The notes below the pieces were generated by a model. It was not told the origin of the DNA. It saw nothing but the letters and a program-made list of their open reading frames with translations, and searched no databases. The position numbers were made by a program, and so were the translations under genes. Positions 1-9,340 of a stretch of DNA of 64,000 nt are shown here, in pieces (the first letter of the stretch is position 1; each line of letters opens with the position of its first letter). This DNA comes from Nitrospirota bacterium (GTDB taxonomy: Bacteria; Nitrospirota; UBA9217): NCBI GenBank assembly GCA_963749655.1, contig CAVVOB010000028.1:128001-192000 (forward strand), given 5' to 3'.

Positions 1-718
1 GAGTATTCCGCAACAGCACCATCCGGTAGGTTGGTGCCATGTCATTCAAATCGATTGGGAACGGGATTGTGAGGCCCGCCTTGAGGGTCGATACCCACCA
101 GAACAGGACTCCAACCGCGAACACGGGGAATCCACCCGCGTAGCCAAGTAAAAAAGCACTGATTCCGGCGCCGGCAACCACGAAATACGCGAGCTGCCAC
201 AGCCCGCCCAGGGCCTGGATTCCGTACTGCCATGTCAAAGCCACGGTCGTTCCCAGCGGGAACCCGTTTGCTTTCATGTAGGCCCCGGCAAAGCCGGCGT
301 AGACAGCCGCGCGCAGGAAGAACTCCACAAGTAATTCCGCACAGATCAGAATCAGCGCGCCCTTCGCCCAAAGCGGCAGACTCGCACGGGGACGGGTCAT
401 GAAAGAGATGAAGGCCGGTCCCCAAAGAGCCCAGTACGCATAGCCCAGCGCCACCACCCCGCAAGGAAGAAGGACGAACGCACCGAACGCCGTTGGATAC
501 AAGATCACTCCGTCGGCGAGCGAGTGGTGCGCAGACTTCATGAATAGGACGAGGATTGCCAGAGAAAGAAGACCCAGGGTGACCAGGATGATCCCCTCGG
601 TTTTTGCAACTGTCGAGGCGGAAGTGTGAAGCAAACCCGGAAGAAACCTTACGCTTCCGACAAGTAATCCGAAGACCAGGAGATTCGAGATAATTGATAT
701 CGATACTATCTTCATCAT
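1..718 (-). CDS. Multi-pass membrane protein, partial (3' end runs off the window); not in the ORF track
   Basis: Manual translation from ATG at 718: MMKIVSISIISNLLVFGLLVGSVRFLPGLL...GIILVTLGLLSLAILVLF...GVLFWWVSTLKAG...; open to base 2, several hydrophobic segments, in-frame TAA upstream at 764-766. Confidence 0.7.
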   Translation of the reverse strand, partial: MMKIVSISIISNLLVFGLLVGSVRFLPGLLHTSASTVAKTEGIILVTLGLLSLAILVLFMKSAHHSLADGVILYPTAFGAFVLLPCGVVALGYAYWALWGPAFISFMTRPRASLPLWAKGALILICAELLVEFFLRAAVYAGFAGAYMKANGFPLGTTVALTWQYGIQALGGLWQLAYFVVAGAGISAFLLGYAGGFPVFAVGVLFWWVSTLKAGLTIPFPIDLNDMAPTYRMVLLRNT

Positions 719-964
719 TGTGATTGTGATCGTGCTTTCGGTAGATACGCTGATTGACCGGTGTTATGATTGCAATGAACCTCCCCGCAGCAAGCTGCGG
801 GGTATCTGTAACAGGGAAGGCTAATGTCATTTGAGCAACCTGCGGTTTCTCAAACTCTTCCCTTTATAAGGTGACCCTGTAGCGAGCTACAGGGAATTGC
901 AAGTTCAAGCACAGGGAAGTCAAGAACAAAAGGGGGCGCTTTGCGAGACGAGCGACGGCGCCCA

Positions 965-1452
965 TTATTTTCGTATGCGAAAGTTCGAAAGCGCTTCGAG
1001 ATGCGTTTTGATCACCTGGTCTTCGGTTCCGGTCGGAACGGCTAGAAAGCCCCGAACAGCGCTCATTCCACCATTGTTCTGATAGGGAATATGACCCGGG
1101 TGACTAACGGCGAAAAGATAATTACTCCCCACGTTAAGAGCATCAAACTGCTTACTGCGGCCAAAGCCACCCCATAAAATCATCGATCTTTTCCCGTGCC
1201 GTTGAGGATCTTTACAATCTGGACGGACAACGCGTCAGCCTCGCTTCGGGTGCCTTCAGCGGAAACAAATTTTTCAACGACGGTTGCAAGAACCAGTATT
1301 GAATTTCCTTCGGCACAGGATTGCAAAGCCTCTTGCGAAATCATTTTTCCTCGCTCCTTACCGTAAAGCGATGACGAAACAACTGCTATTCCGACAACAT
1401 AGCAGAACCATACAATTCCCAAACGTACTTTTGTCATTGCAACCCCGGACAA
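965..1452 (-). CDS. Hypothetical exported protein, probably one gene split at ~1183 (or two coupled small ORFs)
   Basis: ORF 1180-1452 has a signal-like N-terminus; ORF 965-1183 overlaps it by ATGA. Confidence 0.4.
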
Positions 1453-1477
1453 AGTCGACTTCCTAATAAAGGAAAAA

Positions 1478-2023
1478 TCAATCTGCGAAAACTACGATCG
1501 ATCGTGCGGCCAGGTCGTGAATAGCCCGCCGTTTTTGACTGAAAGGCAGGGTAAAGAATGAAAGCATTCCGAGAAACGCTTTTATGAGAATCCGGGTGTA
1601 TGCCATGAGTAGCGAGATGCGTTCTAAGGAAGGGTATCGCCTGACCCGCACCCTCATGATCTTCTGGCCGAGCGTGCAAAAGCGGCTGGTGCATAACGGC
1701 TCATATACGAAAAACAGGAACAGGATCAGGCCGACTCGGACCTTGACGCCGGTGTCACTTGCGTTGTCGAAAACATAGGCGATCGAGATAATCGAAGCGA
1801 GAACGAAGCCAACGTCGATTGCCGTCGCGATATAGCGGCGTGTCAGCGTAGGATATTCCCCGTCCTCAACAGCGACTTTTATTTCCCAATATTCCCCCGA
1901 GCCGGACTGCTCGCTGGATACGGCCGGCTTTTGGACGCGCTCCCGGTATTTATCGAAAATGATCCCACAGAAGTTACACTCGATATCCGAGGGTGATTTC
2001 TTATGGCATTTCGGGCATTGCAT
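1478..2023 (-). CDS. RDD family membrane protein with N-terminal zinc ribbon
   Basis: CPKC...CNFCG zinc ribbon, RRYIATAID, TLGQKIMRVRV and RRAIHDLAARSIVV RDD motifs; likely start MQCPKC at 2023. Confidence 0.85.
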   Translation of the reverse strand: MQCPKCHKKSPSDIECNFCGIIFDKYRERVQKPAVSSEQSGSGEYWEIKVAVEDGEYPTLTRRYIATAIDVGFVLASIISIAYVFDNASDTGVKVRVGLILFLFFVYEPLCTSRFCTLGQKIMRVRVRRYPSLERISLLMAYTRILIKAFLGMLSFFTLPFSQKRRAIHDLAARSIVVFAD

Positions 2024-2083
2024 TTGTTTATGTTCAGGTCCTTTATTTATTTGCACGCTGCGTATCAGCGTCCCGGTGTTGAA

Positions 2084-2110
2084 AATGACAATATTCAAGT
2101 CTGACCCCAT
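2084..2110. repeat. Transposase-end-like repeat (...GTCTGACCCCAT), inverted partner of 4971-4995
   Basis: AATGACAATATTCAAGTCTGACCCC matches the reverse complement of 4971-4995 at 20/25 and shares GTCTGACCCCAT with the 12109-12135 repeat. Confidence 0.7.
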
Positions 2111-2153
2111 TTCGCTTGACGGCGCCTTTTAATGGGTGACCCCATAAGGTACA

Positions 2154-4010
2154 CTACCCGAATGACTGGCTGGGGCCTGCCTGCTTGATGGGCGGTGGTA
2201 AGAGCTGTACCTTGGTGTCCCCAATCGTCAGCGTGTAACCCTTCAGAGAAACCTTAACGCCGTTGACTTCCACAACCTTCGTCGCGCGGTCGTTCTTGCG
2301 TTCGAATTGCATCGGCCATTCTATCTTAGGGATCCTGGGAATGGTGAAAAAGCTCCTCGACTCGTGGAAGCTGATTCTAGTCGTGAAGAGATGTTGCGTG
2401 ACGTCAAAAGCCTGGCCTATCGCATCCAATCCTTGTGCGCGGATTGGCAACCCCTGCTGCACGAAACCCTCAGAGACGATTCCCATCCCATCCTCTGGGA
2501 GTATCCAGCACCAGTCCCCCCGACGACCGAACCTAAACACGGCGCGACTGCCGTTTTGCGTGAAGGGCCTGGGCGTCCAAACCACGTTCTGGAGAGGCCA
2601 GCTCGGGTTGTCGCTCGGAGAGAAAAAACCCGCATCAAGGAGCTCGAGTTCCACCTCAAGCTGTGCATAGTAGTTCGTAACCGATGTCCCTATGCTGCCG
2701 CCCTGCCAGTGGGGGAAGACGCTCACCGTCTGGCTCTCAACAAGCGAGTCAGGGGCATCGAAATCAGGACTGATACTCCCCGCTGATAACGATGGCCGGG
2801 GGAACACAATACCGGCCATGCCTTGCGCGGAGGTGTATAGCGAGTCATCAGGAACCCAGTAGTCAAGATCGGCCTTGTCGACAGTACCTTTTACCAGCAC
2901 GTTATACGCGTAGGGATTACTGCTTGAAAGCTCGATGGGAACCTGGATAACCGGCCACGTGGTGGGCAGGGACCACAGCGATAACCCATATACACGGTAC
3001 ATATAGCTGACCGTGCCTTTTAGGTTGGTCTGCATCTCGAGCTTTACCCTGTAGCCCCCCTTCGGTCCCGGCAACATCGTCTTGCCAAGGATCTTAGCGC
3101 TGACCATGAGACTGGCGGGAACTGGGGCAGGCAGCACGAGGGAGGGCGTAGCCGGGAGGTAGGAGCGGAGTTTCAGTTCAATCGCCCGACTGCACACCGC
3201 ACAGAATCGAGGCGACAGATCTCGCATGGTGCAGCTGTGCTCCGGACGGAATAGCCCGCGACTGTAATAGCCGCCCCCCTCAAACAGCCCGACCGTGCCG
3301 GCGCTGACACTAGGGGGGGTGGGACAGGGCGTCGAGGGCAAGACCAGATCCTCCCACTTGAGCCCGACTCTTGTGTTGTGTGCGGTGATGTTGACTTCCC
3401 AGGGCTCAAGCCACAAGAACCCACCCCATGTGCGGTTGTCATCCGTGCCATTGCAGGCGTAGCACTCGTACTCGTCCGCAAGCCCGAACATATGGCCGAG
3501 TTCATGGATGGCGACTTTTTCCCAGCCTGGCTCACTCGAGAACTTGGCCACGGAACCGCCCGCTCCTACGCCGAGTCCGTTGTTAATGAGCACGAGAATC
3601 GTCGTGTAGTTGGGCACGAACGCGCGTACCGTGTCCTCCACCAGCCACGAATCTATCTGTGGAACGCGTCGAACACCGTAGCCGCAAGTTGCCGAGTCGA
3701 AATAGGTGGCTACCTTATTCCCGCTTCCGGTAGTACCATCCGCGCAGGTCAAGGGGTCGTCAATCCCGGAGTCTGTGGAGCGAACGTCCAGCCGGTGGAT
3801 GTTGATGGCAGACCAACTATCGTGGAAGGGCTGAGTCCAGTACAGAGCCCTCACAAACGCCAAGCATTGAGAGCGGTACGTCTCAATCTCGTCGAGCGTC
3901 GCATCCTGCCGATACCCCTCGGAAACCAGCACGATATTGTACCGGGAGGAGTTCGGCCCGTTGGAAACAAGTTTGCTGTACTGAACAACCCCGCCATCTT
4001 GTCGCCCCAT
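2154..4010 (-). CDS. M64 (IgA peptidase-like) zinc metallopeptidase with C-terminal extension
   Basis: NIVLVSEGY, HELGHMFGLADEY zinc motif, GLFEGGGYYSRGLFRP...CTMR...FCAVC; RBS GAGGGGAG before ATG 4010. Confidence 0.85.
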   Translation of the reverse strand: MGRQDGGVVQYSKLVSNGPNSSRYNIVLVSEGYRQDATLDEIETYRSQCLAFVRALYWTQPFHDSWSAINIHRLDVRSTDSGIDDPLTCADGTTGSGNKVATYFDSATCGYGVRRVPQIDSWLVEDTVRAFVPNYTTILVLINNGLGVGAGGSVAKFSSEPGWEKVAIHELGHMFGLADEYECYACNGTDDNRTWGGFLWLEPWEVNITAHNTRVGLKWEDLVLPSTPCPTPPSVSAGTVGLFEGGGYYSRGLFRPEHSCTMRDLSPRFCAVCSRAIELKLRSYLPATPSLVLPAPVPASLMVSAKILGKTMLPGPKGGYRVKLEMQTNLKGTVSYMYRVYGLSLWSLPTTWPVIQVPIELSSSNPYAYNVLVKGTVDKADLDYWVPDDSLYTSAQGMAGIVFPRPSLSAGSISPDFDAPDSLVESQTVSVFPHWQGGSIGTSVTNYYAQLEVELELLDAGFFSPSDNPSWPLQNVVWTPRPFTQNGSRAVFRFGRRGDWCWILPEDGMGIVSEGFVQQGLPIRAQGLDAIGQAFDVTQHLFTTRISFHESRSFFTIPRIPKIEWPMQFERKNDRATKVVEVNGVKVSLKGYTLTIGDTKVQLLPPPIKQAGPSQSFG

Positions 4011-4011
4011 C

Positions 4012-4758
4012 TTACGCTCCCCTCTCGTCTTTGAGTGCACTGATTGTGAACGTGACGGTGTTAACAAACTCTACGTTGCCAGCGCGGTCCTCCGACCAGA
4101 ACTCCAGCGTGTGACTGCCGGGGGTGCTTACGACGACGGTGGTTCCCTCCTGCTGGGCTCCGCCGTCCACCTTGTAGTAGGTGTGAGCGACGCCTGAGCC
4201 GCCGGCGTTATCGGTGGCTTCCAGGCGGATAGTAGCCGAGTCGGTGTAGTTGACCAACGTGTTAGAGACCGTGAGGGGAGCGGTCAGGTCAGATCCTGCC
4301 GCATCCGGACCGATGGCCTTCGCGAGCGTGAATCGGGCAATCTCGGTGGGCGGTCTTGAGACATCGAGTTCCGCACCGGGTTTCGGAGGTGTGAATCCAA
4401 ACAGAACCACCGAGTGTGCGTCATCCAAGTCGGGCACCGTTATTGTGTAGAACCCCTCTGGCCGTTCTGTCCTTCTAAACGCCAGGGGCCTTTCCGGGTC
4501 GCCGGTCGCAACCTCCACCCAAGGGTCCAGCGGGTTGCGGTCGAAGCCACGGTATAGGCGTTCGCCTCCTTTGGCTTGAACTTCGTACCAGAAGCGGGCG
4601 CGTGGCTGGTCGGGCCCGAGGTCTGCCGATGGCAGCACAGGCATGTTCACGCTGCGTTCAAAGACGAGTTGGAAGGCGGATCCGTCGAGCGAGAATGTCA
4701 GTCGAATCGCCTGCGGTGGTCGCACGTCATCCTGCGACTGTCTGGAATCAGGCCTCAT
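4012..4758 (-). CDS. Hypothetical protein with C-terminal Ig-like (OmpL47-type) domain, coupled to the M64 gene
   Basis: DLTAPLT...ATDNAGGSGVAHTYYKVDGG...GSHTLEFWSEDRAGNVE; stop lies 1 bp from the M64 start. Confidence 0.7.
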   Translation of the reverse strand: MRPDSRQSQDDVRPPQAIRLTFSLDGSAFQLVFERSVNMPVLPSADLGPDQPRARFWYEVQAKGGERLYRGFDRNPLDPWVEVATGDPERPLAFRRTERPEGFYTITVPDLDDAHSVVLFGFTPPKPGAELDVSRPPTEIARFTLAKAIGPDAAGSDLTAPLTVSNTLVNYTDSATIRLEATDNAGGSGVAHTYYKVDGGAQQEGTTVVVSTPGSHTLEFWSEDRAGNVEFVNTVTFTISALKDERGA

Positions 4759-4970
4759 GCGCAGCCCCCCCTACGTGCAACCCGGATCCAAGTGGCATCT
4801 TTATCATGCGAATCTCCCGCCCTGTTTTTTCAGCCTTTTCTTCGGAGATAAATTCGGACATCGTTTCCTCGCTTTCCTCGGGCAATTGCTTCGAATTCTA
4901 CTCTATCATTTGCCGGCTTATCTTTTTGGGTGAAGACGTATTTGTGACCGTAGGGGGTCAGTGGATCCCG

Positions 4971-4995
4971 GGGGCCAGACTTTGAAATTGGCATT
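4971..4995. repeat. Transposase-end-like repeat (GGGGCCAGACTTTGAAATTGGCATT)
   Basis: Inverted partner of 2084-2108; preceded by a partial duplicate GGGGGTCAG at 4953-4961. Confidence 0.65.
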
Positions 4996-5030
4996 CTCAT
5001 CTGACGGCACCCTCACGCGGACCCCTAACC

Positions 5031-5645
5031 TCATTGATTGTTTGCGATCCGAAGCGGCCACTTCCATGCCACAAAAGCCCACAAAATATAATAGGCCGTA
5101 ACAAACAGAAGATTGCGGCCCTGAATGATCTTCTCGACAAAACCAAGGCGCCCCTGGATAAATGTCTCTTGCCAGGAAGTTCCGAAGCCTTGGCCAAAAG
5201 AAAGTACCGCGATCAATATCATCATCGGAAAAAACATGAGCATATTTTTCAATACTTCAGCTCGCATCATATCCTCATCAGCGGTCTGCAGCGATAGTAT
5301 GCCCAGCCCGCGCGTGACCAGAATTGCATAAAATCCGATCAGGGCGCCATGGTCCCTATGAAACAGGTAGGTGGAGGTTCCCAGAATGAAATAGAAAACG
5401 ATCAGCCCCCAGTAAATGCGCTGGAGCTCTTTTGAGCCCCCCTCCATATGCATGACCATTGCCGTGCCTGCCAGGAGGGTGATGGCATGACAGGAGAGAA
5501 ACTCCATAAGGCAAAGCTTATTAAAGCTCACCCAGCCTATAAGTTTTTCACCTGTGCCAAATCGCGGATTCAACCAGGCCATGAAATACAGGAGGGCCGT
5601 AACAACATAGCCGAAAGCTGAATGTAAAGAAGCGTTTAATCTCAT
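5031..5645 (-). CDS. Hypothetical membrane protein
   Basis: 204-aa ORF with about 6 hydrophobic segments. Confidence 0.75.
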   Translation of the reverse strand: MRLNASLHSAFGYVVTALLYFMAWLNPRFGTGEKLIGWVSFNKLCLMEFLSCHAITLLAGTAMVMHMEGGSKELQRIYWGLIVFYFILGTSTYLFHRDHGALIGFYAILVTRGLGILSLQTADEDMMRAEVLKNMLMFFPMMILIAVLSFGQGFGTSWQETFIQGRLGFVEKIIQGRNLLFVTAYYILWAFVAWKWPLRIANNQ

Positions 5646-5687
5646 ACGGTAAACTCTGCACTGAAACCAGTTTTGTAAAGCGCCAAA

Positions 5688-6121
5688 TCACGGTGTCTGC
5701 CCGATATAGTGGCAGTCGGGGAGTTCCTCCATTGCGTCCGTCTGCTCAATCAGTTCGGGATATACGTGGCCAACCAGGAAGCCCATGGACATGTTCAGCC
5801 GAACGAACCGGGTCTGGCCCTGGGCGAGCGTTAACGTCAGTTTTCGTTCGACCTCCGTCGTCGTTGCCAGTTCATAGTTCCCCGGCAAAAGATCGACATA
5901 GAAGAAGCCTCTTGGGACCGCTTGGCCGATCACGGTGCCGTTCAGCTGGACCTTCGGCTGGACCGCCATTCCGTAGGAACCCGAACGGTACAGAGAAATA
6001 TTCTTCCCTTTTCCGGAGATAACGGCGTTATCCTGTCAGCCATCTCTGAGAACTTCGGTCCTGACGCGCAACCGCCTGTCACCACCACAAACAGCAAAAG
6101 AAACCTTAGCATCCTTACCAT
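5688..6121 (-). CDS. DUF2846-like lipoprotein, frameshifted near 5990
   Basis: Lipobox TGGC in ORF 5942-6136; PKVQLNGTVIG...GFFYVDLLPGNYEL...GQTRFVR in ORF 5688-5969; RBS GGAGGGAG. Confidence 0.75.
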
Positions 6122-6140
6122 ATCTCCCTCCCTCATGTGA

Positions 6141-6548
6141 CTATGGATTCACATTCACGGCCGTGATAACAAGCTGTACGGGCTTCTCAAGCGGCGAGAA
6201 ACTTTGCTCGACCGGAAGATAGAATCCGACCAGCCGCGATGAAGAGACGACGATATACGCTTCGTGGATGTGCGACGCTTCAACGGTCAGGATCTGTTCG
6301 CTGCTCTTGAAAACCTGTCCATAGGAAGTCGTACCGATGTAGTTCCACCTGGTATTTGCGCGCAGGGTTCTGTTGTACCCTGTTCCGAGCGATACATTTA
6401 CATTCTTATCGAGTATGAAGGACGAAGATGTACTGTTGTCGGTAACGAGTGCCGTGGGTAGCTGAGTCACGTGGACTACATTGAACGGACATGCATTCAG
6501 CAGCACGATCACGATAAAGAGAAACGCGGACCTGTACGCTTTATTCAT
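6141..6548 (-). CDS. Hypothetical lipoprotein
   Basis: MNKAYRSAFLFIVIVLLNAC lipobox-like signal; GGAGG RBS before ATG 6548. Confidence 0.7.
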   Translation of the reverse strand: MNKAYRSAFLFIVIVLLNACPFNVVHVTQLPTALVTDNSTSSSFILDKNVNVSLGTGYNRTLRANTRWNYIGTTSYGQVFKSSEQILTVEASHIHEAYIVVSSSRLVGFYLPVEQSFSPLEKPVQLVITAVNVNP

Positions 6549-6714
6549 CGAGCATCCTCCAAAGGTCGAAACCTGCTCATGGTCACTACTGATCATATCA
6601 ACAGCAGCGTCATGACGTACACGAAAATATAAGGCTCCCGGCCACGGGTAAATTTTCGTTTTAAATACTCCAGGAATTGACAACTACCGGGGAATGGACA
6701 CGGTTGATGGGACG

Positions 6715-6770
6715 AGAATAGGACAAACGAATAGAAAAGGCAAGCATCTCGATGGGGTATTTTTGGGGGA
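6715..6770 (-). promoter_or_regulatory. sigma70-type promoter (TTGCCT-17-TATTCT) with upstream GGGGTA direct-repeat box
   Basis: -35 at 6738-6743, -10 at 6715-6720; box ATGGGGTATTTTTGGGGGA at 6752-6770, 8 bp from the -35. Confidence 0.6.
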
Positions 6771-6782
6771 GGACTTTACTGC

Positions 6783-6920
6783 AGTTCAAAGTTCATAGTT
6801 CTGAGTTCAGAGTGAAGGTTATGGTTCGCCGGTTGAATTTAATGCGAGATTTTTCAAAAGGGACAACTGCCTGCTGACCTTTACCAACTCCCGACTCAAA
6901 ACTAGAAACTCAAAACTGAT
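6783..6920. repeat. Inverted pair of degenerate 7-bp tandem arrays
   Basis: AGTTCAA AGTTCAT AGTTCTG AGTTCAG (6783-6810) versus AACTCCC GACTCAA AACTAGA AACTCAA AACTGAT (6886-6920). Confidence 0.65.
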
Positions 6921-6994
6921 TTATGACCGCCCGTTCAAAACAGGCCAGTCATTTTGTTGCCATCTATTGATTCCAAGCGGGCCTCAAGTCCGAT

Positions 6995-7052
6995 TAACCT
7001 TTTGATTTAAAATAACTTCAAAAGACTATATAGCTTTGGTCTTTATATTGCA
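6995..7052 (+). promoter_or_regulatory. sigma54 (-24/-12) promoter with IHF site
   Basis: TGGTCTTTATATTGCA at 7037-7052 (GG-N10-GC); AATCAAAAGGTTA on the minus strand at 6995-7007 fits IHF consensus WATCAANNNNTTR. Confidence 0.55.
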
Positions 7053-7129
7053 GTCTATTGCAACAAAACCCATGGAAATACTAAAGATCGGGCATCAACC
7101 GAGGTCATCTACGAGAGGGGGAACTCTTT

Positions 7130-7408
7130 ATGCCGCTCCGCAAGATCGATACCCTGCCGGACCCTGACTTGTCAGATAAGACAGTCGTCGAAATCCATGG
7201 CGCAGGCCTCAGACCCAGGGAACTGGACAGCGATACGGTTGTGTTCTGCAGGCACGTCAACGGGCTGGCGCCGGACCACGTTTGCGTCATTTTCAGAAGG
7301 CAGACAGCCGAGACGGGAAAACGCATGTGCGAGGGGTGCGTCATTGATGCGGTACTGTATCGAAGTCAAGAAGCGGTCCGGGATTGTGTTCGCGTGTGCA
7401 ACGCTTAG
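7130..7408 (+). CDS. Small Cys-rich hypothetical protein
   Basis: 92 aa, six Cys including CEGC and CVRVC; GAGAGGGGG RBS; lies downstream of the sigma54 motif. Confidence 0.55.
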   Translation: MPLRKIDTLPDPDLSDKTVVEIHGAGLRPRELDSDTVVFCRHVNGLAPDHVCVIFRRQTAETGKRMCEGCVIDAVLYRSQEAVRDCVRVCNA

Positions 7409-7466
7409 GACCGGAGGATTCTGACTGACGGTTCTTACGGGGCTTCTTTGCTCCGAATGGAATTTA

Positions 7467-7649
7467 TTATAAACAGGTTTTTTCGATGACCTTCTTTGCT
7501 TCTTCTCTGGTTATGCCGTATTGATAATATATATATAATGACACCATGTCTGCCAGTTGATCCTTGGAAATATCCGGCATGATCTCGAGGATCTCTTCCT
7601 TAAAATAATTGGCTGCTTCACAAAGCGGCATGTCGTCTTTCTTGATCAT
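7467..7649 (-). CDS. Small hypothetical protein
   Basis: 60 aa, protein-like helical composition, purine-rich RBS (GAGGAAAGGGG). Confidence 0.6.
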   Translation of the reverse strand: MIKKDDMPLCEAANYFKEEILEIMPDISKDQLADMVSLYIYYQYGITREEAKKVIEKTCL

Positions 7650-7832
7650 TCTCGTTCCCCTTTCCTCTCCGGAAGTTGCGCACCTGGTTCAGAACAAGCC
7701 GGCCGCCTGCATCAATAGTAGCAAGTATAGCATAACGCAAAGGAAGTCGAGGGACATCTTGAGGAAGCGGGACAGGGTGGGATTTTTCTTAAGGGTTTAT
7801 AGACTTGACGTCAGCTCCTGAGCATTGGTCGT

Positions 7833-7867
7833 CACTCAGAACTCAAAACCAAGAACTCAACACTGCA
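7833..7867. repeat. 7-bp tandem repeat array
   Basis: CACTCAG AACTCAA AACCAAG AACTCAA CACTGCA, same family as 6886-6920. Confidence 0.6.
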
Positions 7868-7874
7868 GTAAAAA

Positions 7875-8845
7875 CTACCACAAATGATGCACCTGCGGCC
7901 GAATGTGGCGGTCGTAGATCGCCTGGATTTTTTCCATGGTGGAGTCTGAAAGCGGGGGCAGGTCCGCAGCGCGGATGTTGTCCTCGGCCTGCGTCGGCCG
8001 CTTGGCGCCCGGGATGGTGCAGGTCACGGCATCGTACATCAGGATCCACCGCAGGGCCAGCTGGGCCATGGTGGCTTCTGGCGGGACGAGGGAACGCAAC
8101 TCCTCGACAGCTTTGAGTCCGGTCTCGAAATCCACGCCGGAAAAGGTCTCGCCCCGGTCGAATGCCCGGCCCTCGCGGTTGAAGGTTCGGTGGTCGTCGG
8201 GAGAGAACGTGGTGGCGGGCGTCATCTTTCCGGTGAGCATGCCGGACGCGAGAGGCACGCGGGCGATGATGCCCACGCCGCGGCGTTTTGGCCTTCGGCG
8301 AAAAAACCTTCGGCAGGACGCAGGCGGAAGATGTTGAAGATGATCATCACGGATTGCACATCGGGGTATTCAATGGCCTTCTCTGCTTCGTCGATGCGTT
8401 CCACGCTGACGCCGTAGTGGCGGATCTTGCCCTGCTGCACCAGGTCATCCAGGATCCCGAACACTTCGGAGTTGTAGACGGCAACGGGCGGGCAGTGCAG
8501 CTGCATGAGGTCTATGGTTTCGACGCCGAGGTTTTGCAAACTCTCCTCGACAAAGGCGGTCATATTTTCGCGATTGTAGCCTTGAACGTCGGGATTGACC
8601 TGCATGCCCATCTTGGTGGCGATGTAAAAGGGCTCATTCCGCTGTTGCCGCAGACGGCCCAGAAGCGGTTCGCTGCCGTATACGTCCGCGGTGTCGAAAA
8701 AGTTGACGCCGAGGTCCAACGCGCGGTTGAGCGTAGCAAGCGATTCACGATCGTCCACCGGGCCCCACAAGCTGCCCATTGCCCACGTGCCGAGGCCGAT
8801 GGTCGATACTTTCCAGCCTGTGCGTCCGAGTTCACGGTATTCCAT
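7875..8845 (-). CDS. Aldo/keto reductase, frameshifted near 8290
   Basis: LGRTGWKVSTIGLGTW, FFDTADVYG, IATK, QLH; C-terminal half VPLASGMLTGK...IPGAKRPTQ in a second frame. Confidence 0.9.
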
Positions 8846-8930
8846 GGTATCTCCGTCCCATACAGTCGCCTAATTAAACTATACTCCGTTTTTTAGGCGC
8901 CCGCGGAAACGTGAGGGACCGTGCAAATGT

Positions 8931-9116
8931 GATAGCCTCGTAATAGTTGTCATTCCCGCTTGTCGGGAATCGTGTTGCCGCTTAACGCACTGATAAGATA
9001 CGATTCCAGACAAGCCCCGACTGGTCGGGGCCGGCCGGCAGCGCCCCGCATCAATATTTCACAAGAAGCGGGGAATGGCTGTACTTTGGTGATCTTCGAC
9101 TTTTTACGAATACATC
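8931..9116. mobile_element. MITE-like element with nested palindromes
   Basis: Imperfect terminal inverted repeats GATAGCCTCGTAATAGT / ACTTTTTACGAATACATC; internal palindromes ATTCCCGCTTGTCGGGAAT and GCCCCGACTGGTCGGGGC. Confidence 0.5.
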
Positions 9117-9340
9117 AAGTGTAGAACCTTACCAACTGCGGAATGGAAAAGACAGCGGTCGGTAGTCGGCAGCAAGGGGCACGGAATGAAATTGCGATTT
9201 GCGGATTCTAAAACAAGCTGAAAGCTGCCCGCTGACAGCGTGTTGAATTTTAAATTGCGGATTGCCGGCTTCCGGCATCCGGACCCTGGCTACTGGCCCC
9301 AGGACCCCGTTTCTAACGACCTGAGACATGAAACAGACCA

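Noticed and set aside
42-830. 262-aa ORF in the track
   Set aside because: Composition is not protein-like; an alternative minus-strand frame (718 to window edge) encodes a coherent membrane protein.
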